Shown here in pieces: positions 37,760 through 47,385 of a stretch of 64,000 nt of DNA. Every line of letters begins with the position of its first letter. The first letter of the stretch is position 1. A model generated the notes under the pieces. It was not told the origin of the DNA, made no database searches, and saw only the letters and a list, made by a program, of their open reading frames with translations. The DNA comes from Litorivicinus sp. Its GTDB lineage: Bacteria; Pseudomonadota; Gammaproteobacteria; Pseudomonadales; Litorivicinaceae. A program made the translations under genes and the position numbers. The stretch spans positions 1,446 through 65,445 of the forward strand of contig JBMYYI010000005.1 of the NCBI GenBank assembly GCA_049609265.1, written 5' to 3'.

Positions 37760-38974
37760 TTAAGTGACGGGTAAATTATTCGGGTTAGATTCGGCGCGAA
37801 TTGCCAACTGAACCACCGCCCAGGACAGCAAAATCATCAGCCCCACACCGAAACACCAGACATCGATCGCTCCGTTGTACAAGCCACCGACATAACTGCC
37901 TGCAACCACAGACACCAAAGAGCTGAGCGTTCCAATGATCGCCGAAGCGGTGCCCGCCAGGTGACCCATGGGCTCCATCGCCAGCGCGTTAAGGTTGCCA
38001 AAACATAGGCCCATGGCAAAAAATAAAGGTACCAGCATGATAATAAATCCGGCCAGATTCAGAGGTTGAATCAGGTTGATGCCGGCAAACAACAGGGTCC
38101 AAACCGCACCCAGCAAACTAGCGTTGCTGACCATCGCACGCATCCCAAAACGCGCAACCAACGCATTGTTGGCAAAGGACGCCACACCCACCGCCAACGC
38201 ACTGGCCCCGAAGTACAGCGCGAAGGCATCGCCCACTTCGAAATAGTCTTGATAGATCTGCTGGGAAGCCAAAAGAAATCCGACCAAGCCCCCAAAACAC
38301 GACCCAACCGCGAGGGTGTAGAGCATGGCCGGCCGGTTCTTGAGCACTTCCAGCGCGGTTGCGCCGATCGCGCGGGGGTTTAAAGGACGCACATTGGGCA
38401 AGCTCTCGGGCTGACGAAAGGCCACCCAAGCAATCATCGCGACGCCCCACAGGGCATACCCCAGAAATAGGTCCCGCCAGTCACCCAGCCACAGCACCGC
38501 CTGCCCAATGGCTGGCGCCAACACCGGCACTGCAATGAAGACTGTCATGATCAAACTGGAAACCTGCGCCATTTCAACGCCCTTGAACCGATCGCGGATC
38601 ATGGCAGTAGACACAATGCGCGGCCCCGCCACGCCAATGCCCTGTAAAAACCGCCCCAACAGCAACGCTTCGAAATCCTGCGCTACCCAACAGGCCCAGG
38701 AGCCAAGCAAAAACAGCCCAATGCCAGCAAATAGGGTGTGGCGTCGCCCGTAGCGATCCGCCAAGGGGCCATAAAAAAACTGACCCAGCGTCAGCCCGAG
38801 GAACATCACACCGATGACCCATTGGCGGTCGTTAGCGTTATCCAGGGCAAAATCCTGCGAAATAAGCCCCAATGCTGGCAGCACTGCGTCAATGCACATA
38901 GCTACCATCGAAATCAGGCAGGCGTTCAGAAAAATAAACTCGACTCGACCCAGGGGGCGCGTTGGTGTCAGCAT
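37760..38974 (-). CDS. MFS transporter (Bcr/CflA-type drug-resistance-like)
   Basis: 404 aa with about 12 predicted transmembrane segments and a [10 protein letters not shown] motif between TM2 and TM3. Confidence 0.85.
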   Translation of the reverse strand: MLTPTRPLGRVEFIFLNACLISMVAMCIDAVLPALGLISQDFALDNANDRQWVIGVMFLGLTLGQFFYGPLADRYGRRHTLFAGIGLFLLGSWACWVAQDFEALLLGRFLQGIGVAGPRIVSTAMIRDRFKGVEMAQVSSLIMTVFIAVPVLAPAIGQAVLWLGDWRDLFLGYALWGVAMIAWVAFRQPESLPNVRPLNPRAIGATALEVLKNRPAMLYTLAVGSCFGGLVGFLLASQQIYQDYFEVGDAFALYFGASALAVGVASFANNALVARFGMRAMVSNASLLGAVWTLLFAGINLIQPLNLAGFIIMLVPLFFAMGLCFGNLNALAMEPMGHLAGTASAIIGTLSSLVSVVAGSYVGGLYNGAIDVWCFGVGLMILLSWAVVQLAIRAESNPNNLPVT

Positions 38975-39000
38975 AACGGTCTCAATGATGGGAGCAGCCA

Positions 39001-40800
39001 GTGTCGACGTCTCACTCGTTTATCGGGGTTTTTAAGTATTCAAAACATGCCATCGAGCTGGTCTGGCAGACCTCTCGCGCGCTTGCCTTGTGGATGGCAG
39101 CCCTGACATTGATTGCCGGCACCCTGCCTGCCGCAATCGCCTACGTCGGAAAACTCATTGTGGACGCAGTGGTCTTGGCAATGGAAGCCCCCAATGCAGA
39201 TCTGACCCAAGTTTATACTTACGTTGCTTGGGAAGCCGGTTTGGTCGTCGCACTGGCCGCTGCCCAACGCGGTATTGCCGCGGCCCAAAGCCTGCTGCGC
39301 TCGCGCCTAGGGCAGCGGGTGAACGAGATGATCCTGGACAAGGCCCAGACCCTTTCGATGGCGCAGTTTGAGGACAGTGAATTTTACGACAAGCTGACCC
39401 GGGCACGGCGTGAAGCCAGCCAGCGTCCAATGGCACTGGTCACCAAGACCTTTGGCCTGATCCAGAACGCGATTTCCATCGCCAGTTTTGCCGCTCTGTT
39501 GATTCAATTTAGTCCCTGGGCCATCGCCATATTGGTGATCGGCGCCCTACCGGTCTTTATCGCCGAGGCCAAATTTTCAGGCCAAGCGTTTCAGATGTTT
39601 CGCTGGCGCTCTCCCGATCGCCGCATGCAAATGTACTTAGAAACGGTACTTGCCCGCGAGGACAGCATCAAAGAGGTGCAACTGTTCAACCTAGGCCCCA
39701 CGTTTTTAGGCCGCTATCGCAGCATTTTCGTCAAGCTATTCAAGGAAGAACGCCTGCTAACCCTGCGCCGGGAGGGCTGGGGATTCGCACTGGGCATTCT
39801 AGGCTCAATCAGCTTTTATGGCGCCTACGCCTGGGTGGTCTTTGAGACCGCCACAGGCGTGCTGACCTTGGGCGAGATGACCATGTACCTGTTGCTGTTC
39901 AAGCAGGGGCAATCCGCTGTCAGCGCCATGCTGACCTCAATTTCGGGCATGTACGAGGATAACCTCTATCTATCCAATCTGTATGAATACCTCGATCAGC
40001 CTACCACCCGTGAGAGCGGGGACTTAACCCAGGGCGTGCTGCCGGGCGACGGCATTCGCTTTGAGGGGGTTAGCTTCCAATACCCGGGCGCTACCGCCTG
40101 GGCCCTGCAAGATATCGACTTGCACGTTAAACCCGGCCAATCGTTGGCGCTGGTGGGAGAAAATGGATCGGGCAAAACGACGCTGATCAAGCTGATGACC
40201 CGCCTATATGCCCCAACTCAAGGGCGAATCCTGCTGGATGGTAGCGATTTAAATGAGTGGTCGGTTGAAGCACTGCGAGCTCGAGTCGGAGTCATTTTTC
40301 AGGACTTTGTTCGCTATCAACTGCTCGTGGGTGAGAATATCGGCGCCGGTGACGTCGATCATTTTGACGACACTCAGCGCTGGGCTCAATCCGCAGAAAA
40401 GGGCCAAGCCGCCCCCTTCATCGAAAAAATGGGGCAGGGCTATCACACCCAGCTGGGCCGCTGGTTTAAAGACGGTCAGGAGTTATCTGGCGGACAGTGG
40501 CAGAAAATCGCCTTGAGCCGTGCATTTATGCGCCAAGGGGCAGACTTATTGGTTTTGGATGAGCCCACTGCGGCCATGGATGCTCAGGCAGAAGCCGACA
40601 TTTTTGCCCAGTTCCAAGACTATGCTGCCAACAAAATGGCGATCGTCATCAGTCACCGCTTCTCTACAGTGCGCTATGCCGATCAAATCGTGGTTATCGC
40701 TGGGGGCCAGATCCTGGAGCGTGGCAATCATGCGCAGCTGCTGGAACACAATGGCCGTTATGCCCATTTGTTTAACCTACAAGCCGCAGGTTATCGCTAG
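39001..40800 (+). CDS. ABC exporter, fused transmembrane and ATP-binding domains
   Basis: 599 aa. An N-terminal 6-TM domain is followed by GENGSGKTT, LSGGQWQK and LVLDEPTAAMD motifs. GTG start. Confidence 0.85.
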   Translation: MSTSHSFIGVFKYSKHAIELVWQTSRALALWMAALTLIAGTLPAAIAYVGKLIVDAVVLAMEAPNADLTQVYTYVAWEAGLVVALAAAQRGIAAAQSLLRSRLGQRVNEMILDKAQTLSMAQFEDSEFYDKLTRARREASQRPMALVTKTFGLIQNAISIASFAALLIQFSPWAIAILVIGALPVFIAEAKFSGQAFQMFRWRSPDRRMQMYLETVLAREDSIKEVQLFNLGPTFLGRYRSIFVKLFKEERLLTLRREGWGFALGILGSISFYGAYAWVVFETATGVLTLGEMTMYLLLFKQGQSAVSAMLTSISGMYEDNLYLSNLYEYLDQPTTRESGDLTQGVLPGDGIRFEGVSFQYPGATAWALQDIDLHVKPGQSLALVGENGSGKTTLIKLMTRLYAPTQGRILLDGSDLNEWSVEALRARVGVIFQDFVRYQLLVGENIGAGDVDHFDDTQRWAQSAEKGQAAPFIEKMGQGYHTQLGRWFKDGQELSGGQWQKIALSRAFMRQGADLLVLDEPTAAMDAQAEADIFAQFQDYAANKMAIVISHRFSTVRYADQIVVIAGGQILERGNHAQLLEHNGRYAHLFNLQAAGYR

Positions 40801-40832
40801 ACAATTCACCCTCAGCCCCTGATACTAAACGC

Positions 40833-41003
40833 CTGTGCGGGAGAGTCGACAAAATAAGCGTCGCGCCGAAGGAGCAACTGCCCCGGAATCTCTCAGGCTA
40901 AAGGACCGCACAGACTTGTAAACATCTGGAGAGAGGCGCACCGCGCCCGCCGAAGGAGCAACCCCCACACACGGGGCAACACTCTCAGGTACCCGTGACA
41001 GAT
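40833..41003 (+). promoter_or_regulatory. glycine riboswitch with tandem aptamers (gcvT-motif)
   Basis: Aptamer 1 is closed by CTGTGCGG (40833-40840) pairing with CCGCACAG (40906-40913). Its cores are GGAGAG ... GCGCCGAAGGAGCAA ... TCTCAGGCTAAAGGAC. Aptamer 2 is closed by ATCTG (40924-40928) pairing with CAGAT (40999-41003). Its cores are GGAGAG ... CGCCGAAGGAGCAA ... CTCTCAGGTACCCGTGAC. It ends 47 nt before the ATG at 41051. Confidence 0.8.
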
Positions 41004-41050
41004 GGGGTTTTCGCACGACACATGCGTGCAGCAAAACCTGGAGAGTCATT

Positions 41051-42244
41051 ATGAAAATTGCAGTCCTTGGCGCAGGCATTACTGGCACCACAACCGCCTA
41101 CGCCCTGACCGACAAAGGTCACGAAGTTACCCTGATCGACAAAGAACGCTATGCCGGCATGGAAACAAGCTATGCCAACGGCGGCCAGCTGTCTGCGTGT
41201 AACGCTGAAACCTGGCACCATCCCAGCACGATCGTCAAAGGGATGAAATGGCTGTTCGATAAACAAGCCCCGCTAAAACTGAGCCTGGCGCCTAGCTGGC
41301 ACAAATACAGCTGGTTTGCCGAATTCCTGTACGCCATGCGCCACTATGAAACCAACACGGTTCACACGACCCAGATGGCCATTGCTGCACGCGAGCACCT
41401 GACTCGGATGGCAAGCGAAGGCGGCTTCGAATTTGATCGTGTCGACAAGGGCATGATGCACATCTGCGGCACCCGCAAAGGCTATGAACACGGCCTGAAG
41501 GTCAATGAGCTGCTGCGCAAGGGAGGCCTGGAGCGTCGAGCCATCACGGCCGAAGAGATCAAGCAAATCGAGCCGACCCTAACGGGCGACTTTGTCGGTG
41601 GGTTTTATACCGAAAGCGACTTTACCGGCGACATTCATAAGTACTGCCGAGGCATTACCGCGGCCTGCGAAAAACGCGGCGTAGTCACTAAATTTGGCCG
41701 CTCGATCATCGACTTGGTTTCGACCCAGCAAGGGGTTTATGTGACCTATGAGGACGGCGATCAGGACAACTATGATGCGATCGTGATTTGTGCCGGCGTC
41801 GGCAGTCGTGCCATGGCCGCCAAGCTAGGTGACCGAGTCAACATTTATCCGGTCAAAGGCTACAGCATCACCGTCGAGCTAGATGAAGCCGGCCAGCAGG
41901 CCGCACCGTGGGTCAGCCTGAACGACGACGATGCAAAAATCGTGACCAGCCGTTTGGGCGCCACCCGTTACCGCGTCGCGGGCACCGCTGAATTTAGCGG
42001 CGCCAACAAGGATATCGAGCGCGATCGAGTCGAGCCGCTGATTGCCTGGACCCAGCGCCTGTTCCCGGGCATCAATACCGACAAGGTCATTCCTTGGGTG
42101 GGTCTGCGCCCCATGATGCCGGACATGATGCCCCGTGTAATGAAAGGAAAGCGGCCCGGCGTTTACTACAACACGGGACACGGCCACTTAGGTTGGACGA
42201 TGTCAGCTGCGACCGCGTATATGCTGGCTGATTTGGTCGACTAA
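41051..42244 (+). CDS. FAD-dependent oxidoreductase, D-amino-acid dehydrogenase (DadA)-like; candidate glycine oxidase or dehydrogenase
   Basis: 397 aa. The MKIAVLGAGITGTTTAYAL...GHEVTLIDKE...METSYANGGQLS start parallels the DadA N-terminus. It lies directly downstream of the riboswitch. Confidence 0.85.
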   Translation: MKIAVLGAGITGTTTAYALTDKGHEVTLIDKERYAGMETSYANGGQLSACNAETWHHPSTIVKGMKWLFDKQAPLKLSLAPSWHKYSWFAEFLYAMRHYETNTVHTTQMAIAAREHLTRMASEGGFEFDRVDKGMMHICGTRKGYEHGLKVNELLRKGGLERRAITAEEIKQIEPTLTGDFVGGFYTESDFTGDIHKYCRGITAACEKRGVVTKFGRSIIDLVSTQQGVYVTYEDGDQDNYDAIVICAGVGSRAMAAKLGDRVNIYPVKGYSITVELDEAGQQAAPWVSLNDDDAKIVTSRLGATRYRVAGTAEFSGANKDIERDRVEPLIAWTQRLFPGINTDKVIPWVGLRPMMPDMMPRVMKGKRPGVYYNTGHGHLGWTMSAATAYMLADLVD

Positions 42245-42256
42245 AGACGTAAAAAA

Positions 42257-42290
42257 CCCAGCGCGTTGCTTCAAAATCGCGCGCGCTGGG
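42257..42290 (+). terminator. GC-rich hairpin after the dadA-like gene (possible terminator, weak T tract)
   Basis: CCCAGCGCG (42257-42265) pairs with CGCGCTGGG (42282-42290). It is preceded by A6 and followed only by TGT, so it would be a better terminator read from the opposite strand. Confidence 0.4.
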
Positions 42291-42327
42291 TGTAACTTCG
42301 TAGGGCAAAAATAACAGGAGCTCCACG

Positions 42328-43317
42328 ATGTTGCGTAAAGCACTTTCCCTAGCCCTTGGCGCTGCGATTTCCGTCAGCGCGATGGCTGCAGACCTAAAGC
42401 CCGCGGTAGTTTACGACCTGGGTGGTAAAAATGATGGTTCGTTTAACTTTGCTGCTTTCACAGGCGCTGAGCGCTTTGCAGAGGAGACAGGCGTAGCCTA
42501 TCGAGACTTCGAAATTCAGAACGACGCCCAACGTGAGCAGGCCCTGCGTAATTTCGCTCGCCGCGGATTCAACCCCGTTGTGGCCATCGGCTTTAGCCAC
42601 GGCGCGGCCGTAGAAAAAGTCGCGGCGGAATTCCCCGATACCCAGTTCGGCATTGTCGACATGGTGGTGGATCTGCCTAACGTACGCTCGATTCTGTTTA
42701 AAGAGCATGAAGGCAGCTATCTGGTTGGCCTGATGGCGGGTATGGCCAGTGACAGCAAAAAAGTCGGCTTTGTTGGCGGTATGGATATTCCTTTGATCCG
42801 TCGCTTTGAGTGTGGCTACAAACAAGGCGCAACCGCTGCGGGAGCTCAAGAAGTGTTCGGTAACATGACCGGCAACACCGGCGCAGCATGGAACGACCCC
42901 GTCAAAGGGGGTGAGCTGACCAAATCGCAGATTGACCGTGGCGCCGACGTGGTGTTCCAGGCCGCTGGTGGTACTGGATTCGGTGTTCTGCAGGCCGCGG
43001 CTGACGCAAACATCTTGGGTATTGGCGTGGACTCAAACCAAAACGGTCTGCACCCCGGCAAAATCCTGACCTCAATGCTCAAGCGTGTCGATATTGCGGT
43101 TTACAACGCATTCAAAGACTACCAAGACGGCAATTGGAGCACCGGCTTCAGCGTGTTGGGCGTGGCTGAAGGTGGCGTTGATTGGGCCCTGGACGACAAC
43201 AACGCAAGCTTGGTCACCGCTGACATGAAAGCGGCTGTCGAGCAGGCCAAGAACAACATCATCAACGGCAACCTGCAGGTGCATGACTACATGAGCGACA
43301 ACAGCTGCCCGCTGTAA
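42328..43317 (+). CDS. BMP-family (PnrA-like) nucleoside ABC substrate-binding protein
   Basis: 329 aa with a signal peptide ending SAMA-AD. Has DLGGKNDGSFNF and VGFVGGMDIPLIRRF segments typical of the BMP family. AGGAG Shine-Dalgarno upstream. Confidence 0.9.
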   Translation: MLRKALSLALGAAISVSAMAADLKPAVVYDLGGKNDGSFNFAAFTGAERFAEETGVAYRDFEIQNDAQREQALRNFARRGFNPVVAIGFSHGAAVEKVAAEFPDTQFGIVDMVVDLPNVRSILFKEHEGSYLVGLMAGMASDSKKVGFVGGMDIPLIRRFECGYKQGATAAGAQEVFGNMTGNTGAAWNDPVKGGELTKSQIDRGADVVFQAAGGTGFGVLQAAADANILGIGVDSNQNGLHPGKILTSMLKRVDIAVYNAFKDYQDGNWSTGFSVLGVAEGGVDWALDDNNASLVTADMKAAVEQAKNNIINGNLQVHDYMSDNSCPL

Positions 43318-43383
43318 TCCCTCAATCATGATCACCCAATGCGTCAGCTTCACCCGGAGCTGGCGCATTTTTATGAGGATTTT

Positions 43384-44898
43384 ATGCACGCACTTGAACT
43401 GATTGGCATTAGCAAAGCCTTTGGTCCCGTCCAAGCCAACCAAGATATCCACCTGGCGGTTGAGCAAGGAACGATCCATGGCATCGTCGGAGAAAACGGC
43501 GCAGGTAAAAGCACCCTGATGTCAATCATTTACGGCTTCTACGAGGCCGATAGCGGGCAGATCCGAGTGGCGGATCAAGACGTCACGATTCGATCCTCTG
43601 CGCAGGCGATCGAGCTAGGCATCGGCATGGTTCATCAGCACTTTATGCTGGTTGAACCTCTCAGCGCTCTGGAAAACATCATCCTGGGGATGGAAAACGG
43701 CTGGACTCTGAGCCGCGGTCTAACCCGGGCCCGCAGCAAGCTCGAAGCCCTGCAAAAAGAATACAATCTAGTGGTGGACTTGGATGTTCCCGTCGGCGAG
43801 CTGCCTATCGGCGCGCAGCAGCGCGTTGAGATCCTAAAAGCACTTTATCGCGATGCCGACACCCTGATCCTGGATGAGCCCACCGGCGTGCTGACGCCCG
43901 AAGAAGCCGACCAACTGTTCCGAGTGTTGGGGCGACTTAAAGAGCTAGGCAAAACCGTCATTCTGATCACCCACAAATTACGCGAAATTATGGCGATCAC
44001 GGATCGAGTGTCCGTTATGCGCCGCGGCACCATGGTCGACACGCTGCACACCTCCGAGACCACCACGGATCAGTTGGCCGAATTGATGGTCGGTCGGGAT
44101 GTCAGCTTTGCCCTAGACAAGGCAGTGCACACGCCCGGCGATGTGCGTTTGAGCGTGCGCGGCTTGAACTATGTCGATGACAGTGGCGTGGCGCGTCTAA
44201 AGGACATCGGTTTTGACTTACACGCCGGCGAGATTTTGGGTGTCGCAGGGGTGAGCGGCAATGGACAGTCCGAGCTGCTCGAGATCCTAGGGGGTATGTA
44301 CACCGCACAGAGCGGCACCCTCACGCTAGGTGGCAAAGAAGTCGATTTGAGTGAACGCTCCGACCCCACACGCCGCCGAGAGAAGGGCCTGGGCCATGTC
44401 CCCGAGGATCGCCATCGAATGGGCTTGGTCACCCGATTCGAGGCCAACGAAAATACCATTCTGGGCTATCACCACCGGGTGGACAGCTCCAGCTTTATGC
44501 GCCGCTCACGTTTAATTGAGCTCTCTCAGCAGCAGATGGAGCGTTATGACGTACGCCCACCCAATCCACGGCTGAAAACCGCGAATTTTTCCGGCGGCAA
44601 TCAGCAGAAGCTCGTGATCGCCCGGGAAATTGAGCAGAACCCCGAGGTTTTGATGGTGGGCCAGCCCACCCGAGGTGTCGACATCGGCGCGATCGAGGCC
44701 ATTCACTCGCGCTTGCTGGAATTGCGATCACAGGGTACGGCGATCTTGTTGGTGTCCGTTGAGTTGGATGAAATCCGTGCGCTGGCCGACCGTGTATTGG
44801 TGATGTACGACGGCCAAATCATGGGTGAAGTCAGCCCGCAGGCCACTGATGCCGAGATCGGGCAGCTGATGGCCGGTGTGGCGCTAGCTGGGGTCTAA
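43384..44898 (+). CDS. ABC transporter ATP-binding protein with duplicated ATPase domains
   Basis: GENGAGKST, LPIGAQQR, GVSGNGQ and FSGGNQQK motifs. I prefer the ATG at 43384 (GAGGA Shine-Dalgarno, N-terminus MHALELIGISKAF parallels the paralog at 8255-9760). The ORF track start at 43339 remains possible. Confidence 0.85.
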   Translation: MHALELIGISKAFGPVQANQDIHLAVEQGTIHGIVGENGAGKSTLMSIIYGFYEADSGQIRVADQDVTIRSSAQAIELGIGMVHQHFMLVEPLSALENIILGMENGWTLSRGLTRARSKLEALQKEYNLVVDLDVPVGELPIGAQQRVEILKALYRDADTLILDEPTGVLTPEEADQLFRVLGRLKELGKTVILITHKLREIMAITDRVSVMRRGTMVDTLHTSETTTDQLAELMVGRDVSFALDKAVHTPGDVRLSVRGLNYVDDSGVARLKDIGFDLHAGEILGVAGVSGNGQSELLEILGGMYTAQSGTLTLGGKEVDLSERSDPTRRREKGLGHVPEDRHRMGLVTRFEANENTILGYHHRVDSSSFMRRSRLIELSQQQMERYDVRPPNPRLKTANFSGGNQQKLVIAREIEQNPEVLMVGQPTRGVDIGAIEAIHSRLLELRSQGTAILLVSVELDEIRALADRVLVMYDGQIMGEVSPQATDAEIGQLMAGVALAGV

Positions 44899-45273
44899 AT
44901 CAAAAGCCGCAGGTAGCAGTTGCCCTAGGGTGAACATCTGCTCATCCCCGGCCAGATTGGCACAAATGACCTGGGTGTCCGCATCGCCAAATTCAGCCAG
45001 GCGCTGACGACAGCCCCCACAGGGCGTCAAAATACCCTCGCCCTGCCCCAGCACGTAAACCTGCGCTAACCGGGCACCAGGACTGGCCATCTGCATGTGT
45101 GCCAGTGCACTGGTCTCTGCACACCAACCCTCGGGATAACTGGCATTTTCCATGTTCGCGCCGCTAAAGCGCTGACCATCCTGGGTTTGAATAGCCACCC
45201 CAACATGAAAATTAGAATACGGCGCATGGGCGCATGCACGAGCTTTCTCAGCCGCGGCTCTCAAGTCACTCAT
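44884..45273 (-). CDS. cdd: cytidine deaminase (small homotetrameric type)
   Basis: 129 aa with CAETSAL and PCGGCRQ zinc motifs. Confidence 0.9.
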   Translation of the reverse strand: MSDLRAAAEKARACAHAPYSNFHVGVAIQTQDGQRFSGANMENASYPEGWCAETSALAHMQMASPGARLAQVYVLGQGEGILTPCGGCRQRLAEFGDADTQVICANLAGDEQMFTLGQLLPAAFDLDPS

Positions 45274-46242
45274 CTATCGCTCCTTCACATAGGGCACGCC
45301 GCCGGCCTTGGGCGGCGTTGCTCTGCCGACAAAACCCGCCAGCAATACGACGGTCAAAATATAAGGAAGTGCCTGGATAAAGGTGACTGGCACTTCAAAC
45401 CCGCCGACCTCAACCCCTTGAAGGCGGATCGCCACCGCATCTAAGAATCCGAACAGCAGACAGGCAAACATCGCCTGAACCGGGCGCCACTTAGCAAACA
45501 CCAAGGCTGCCAAGGCAATAAAACCCTTGCCGGCGGTCATGTCTTGGACGAATCCTGCGGTTTGTGCAATCGACAGATAGGCACCGGCTAACCCGCACAG
45601 CAGTCCGCAACACATCACCGCCAAATAACGAATTTGCGTGACTGAGATACCCGCGGTATCGACCGCCGCAGGGTTCTCGCCGGTTGCGCGCAGGCGCAGG
45701 CCAAAACGAGTTTTCATTAGAATCCACGCGCTTAACGGCACGGCTAAAAACGCGACGTAGACTAGGCCCTTGTGACCACTGATCAGCTCGCTATACAGGC
45801 CTCCAATGACCGGCACATCCGCCAGCCACTGGGCCAACGGCCACGTCAGATCACCAAAACGAGCCTCGCTGTCCAGCGGCGGAGTGCGTCCGCCGCGGTT
45901 AAACCAAGCCTGGCCCAGCAAAGCGGTCATGCCCAGGGCGATAAAATTGATCGCAACACCCGAAACAATCTGGTTACCCCGATGCGTGATACAGGCAAAT
46001 CCATGGACCAAGGCCAATCCAACCGATGTTGCCACGGCCATCAACAGACCCATCCAGGCACTGCCCCACACGGCCGCCGCCGCGGCGGCGGCAAACGCAG
46101 CCGCCAGCATCTTGCCTTCCAGTCCAATATCAAAGACGCCGGCGCGTTCGGAGTACAGCCCAGCCAGACAGGCCAACAGCAGTGGCGTTGAAAGTCGCAC
46201 TGTGCTGTCGAGAATCAGGATGAGGGTATTGAAAAATTCCAT
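45274..46242 (-). CDS. ABC transporter permease (BMP/ribose-type)
   Basis: 322-aa polytopic protein, paralogous in layout to 6274-7200. Confidence 0.85.
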   Translation of the reverse strand: MEFFNTLILILDSTVRLSTPLLLACLAGLYSERAGVFDIGLEGKMLAAAFAAAAAAAVWGSAWMGLLMAVATSVGLALVHGFACITHRGNQIVSGVAINFIALGMTALLGQAWFNRGGRTPPLDSEARFGDLTWPLAQWLADVPVIGGLYSELISGHKGLVYVAFLAVPLSAWILMKTRFGLRLRATGENPAAVDTAGISVTQIRYLAVMCCGLLCGLAGAYLSIAQTAGFVQDMTAGKGFIALAALVFAKWRPVQAMFACLLFGFLDAVAIRLQGVEVGGFEVPVTFIQALPYILTVVLLAGFVGRATPPKAGGVPYVKER

Positions 46243-46244
46243 AC

Positions 46245-47348
46245 TCAGCCCCCCGCCACGCGCAGATAAAGCCGCTCGATACTGGGGCGAGTGAGGTGCT
46301 CAAGTGCCCCCACAAACAGGATCACCAACCCTTGGATCGCAATGATCAAATCCCGGGTGATACTCGGCTTTTCAAAAGCCAACTCGGCACCGCCCTGATA
46401 CAGCATCCCAAACAGAATTGAGGCCAACACGATGCCCACAGGGTGCGCGCGTCCCATCAGGGCCACCGCAATACCGACGAAACCAAAGCCACCGACAAAG
46501 CCGACATTGAGTCGCGCCTGATCTCCCATCACCGGATTCAAGGCCATCAGACCCGCTAACGCCCCCGAAATCATCATGGTGATCAGGGTAATGCGCACGG
46601 GGTTAATGCCTGCGTAGGATGCGGCACTGGGGCTAGCACCGAAGGTTCGAATCTCGTAGCCCAGTCGCGACTTCCAAATCAGCAGATACACCGCCACGCA
46701 GGCGATCAAGGCGATGAAAAAACTTACATTCAGCGGCGCGGAACCGATATCGACGCCGAACCACTGCATAAAGCCATCGAGTTTCGGTAGACGACCGCCG
46801 ACTTCGAAAGTCCGGGTCTCGGGTGCCATCGAGCCTGCAGGACTCAGCACGTTGACCAGCAAATACACCATTAACGAGCTGGCGATGAAATTAAACATAA
46901 TGGTGGTGATAACGATGTGGCTTCCGCGTCGTGCCTGCAACCAAGCCGGGACCAGGGCCCAGGCCCCGCCAAACAAAGCTGCGGCAGCGGTGGCCAACAG
47001 CATCACCAGCGACCAATGCCAGCCGGTATCAAACGACAGCGCGACCAAGGCTACGCCCAGACCCGCAACATAGGCCTGCCCCTCACCGCCGATGTTGAAC
47101 AGGCCACCATGAAAAGCTACGGCGACCGCAAGCCCAGTCAGAATAAAACTGGTGGCGTAAAACAGCGTAAAGCCAATGCCCTCACCAAAACCCAAGGATC
47201 CCTGCAACATTAACTGCACGGCTTCCAGCGGACTCTCGCCGATTAACAGGACTAAGGAGCCTGCCACCAGCAAAGCCAGCAGCAGATTGGTCATGGGGAT
47301 CACGCCGAAGTCGATCCACCCAGGAAGGGGTTTAGCAGGTGCACTCAT
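46245..47348 (-). CDS. ABC transporter permease (BMP/ribose-type)
   Basis: 367-aa polytopic protein, paralogous in layout to 7200-8258. Confidence 0.85.
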   Translation of the reverse strand: MSAPAKPLPGWIDFGVIPMTNLLLALLVAGSLVLLIGESPLEAVQLMLQGSLGFGEGIGFTLFYATSFILTGLAVAVAFHGGLFNIGGEGQAYVAGLGVALVALSFDTGWHWSLVMLLATAAAALFGGAWALVPAWLQARRGSHIVITTIMFNFIASSLMVYLLVNVLSPAGSMAPETRTFEVGGRLPKLDGFMQWFGVDIGSAPLNVSFFIALIACVAVYLLIWKSRLGYEIRTFGASPSAASYAGINPVRITLITMMISGALAGLMALNPVMGDQARLNVGFVGGFGFVGIAVALMGRAHPVGIVLASILFGMLYQGGAELAFEKPSITRDLIIAIQGLVILFVGALEHLTRPSIERLYLRVAGG

Positions 47349-47385
47349 TGCCGTGAAAGCCTGTATTTATTTGGCTAAAGTATAC

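Noticed and set aside
38975-39000. A divergent gap of only 26 nt between the MFS transporter and the ABC exporter, considered as a possible shared compact regulatory element.
   Set aside because: It is too short to contain identifiable operator or promoter structure. More likely one start codon (the GTG at 39001) is mis-placed or the promoters lie within coding sequence. No repeat or palindrome was seen.
46644-46653. A GGTTCGAATC string resembling a tRNA T-arm.
   Set aside because: It sits inside a membrane permease ORF. No acceptor, D or anticodon arms can be built around it. I found no tRNA genes in the window.
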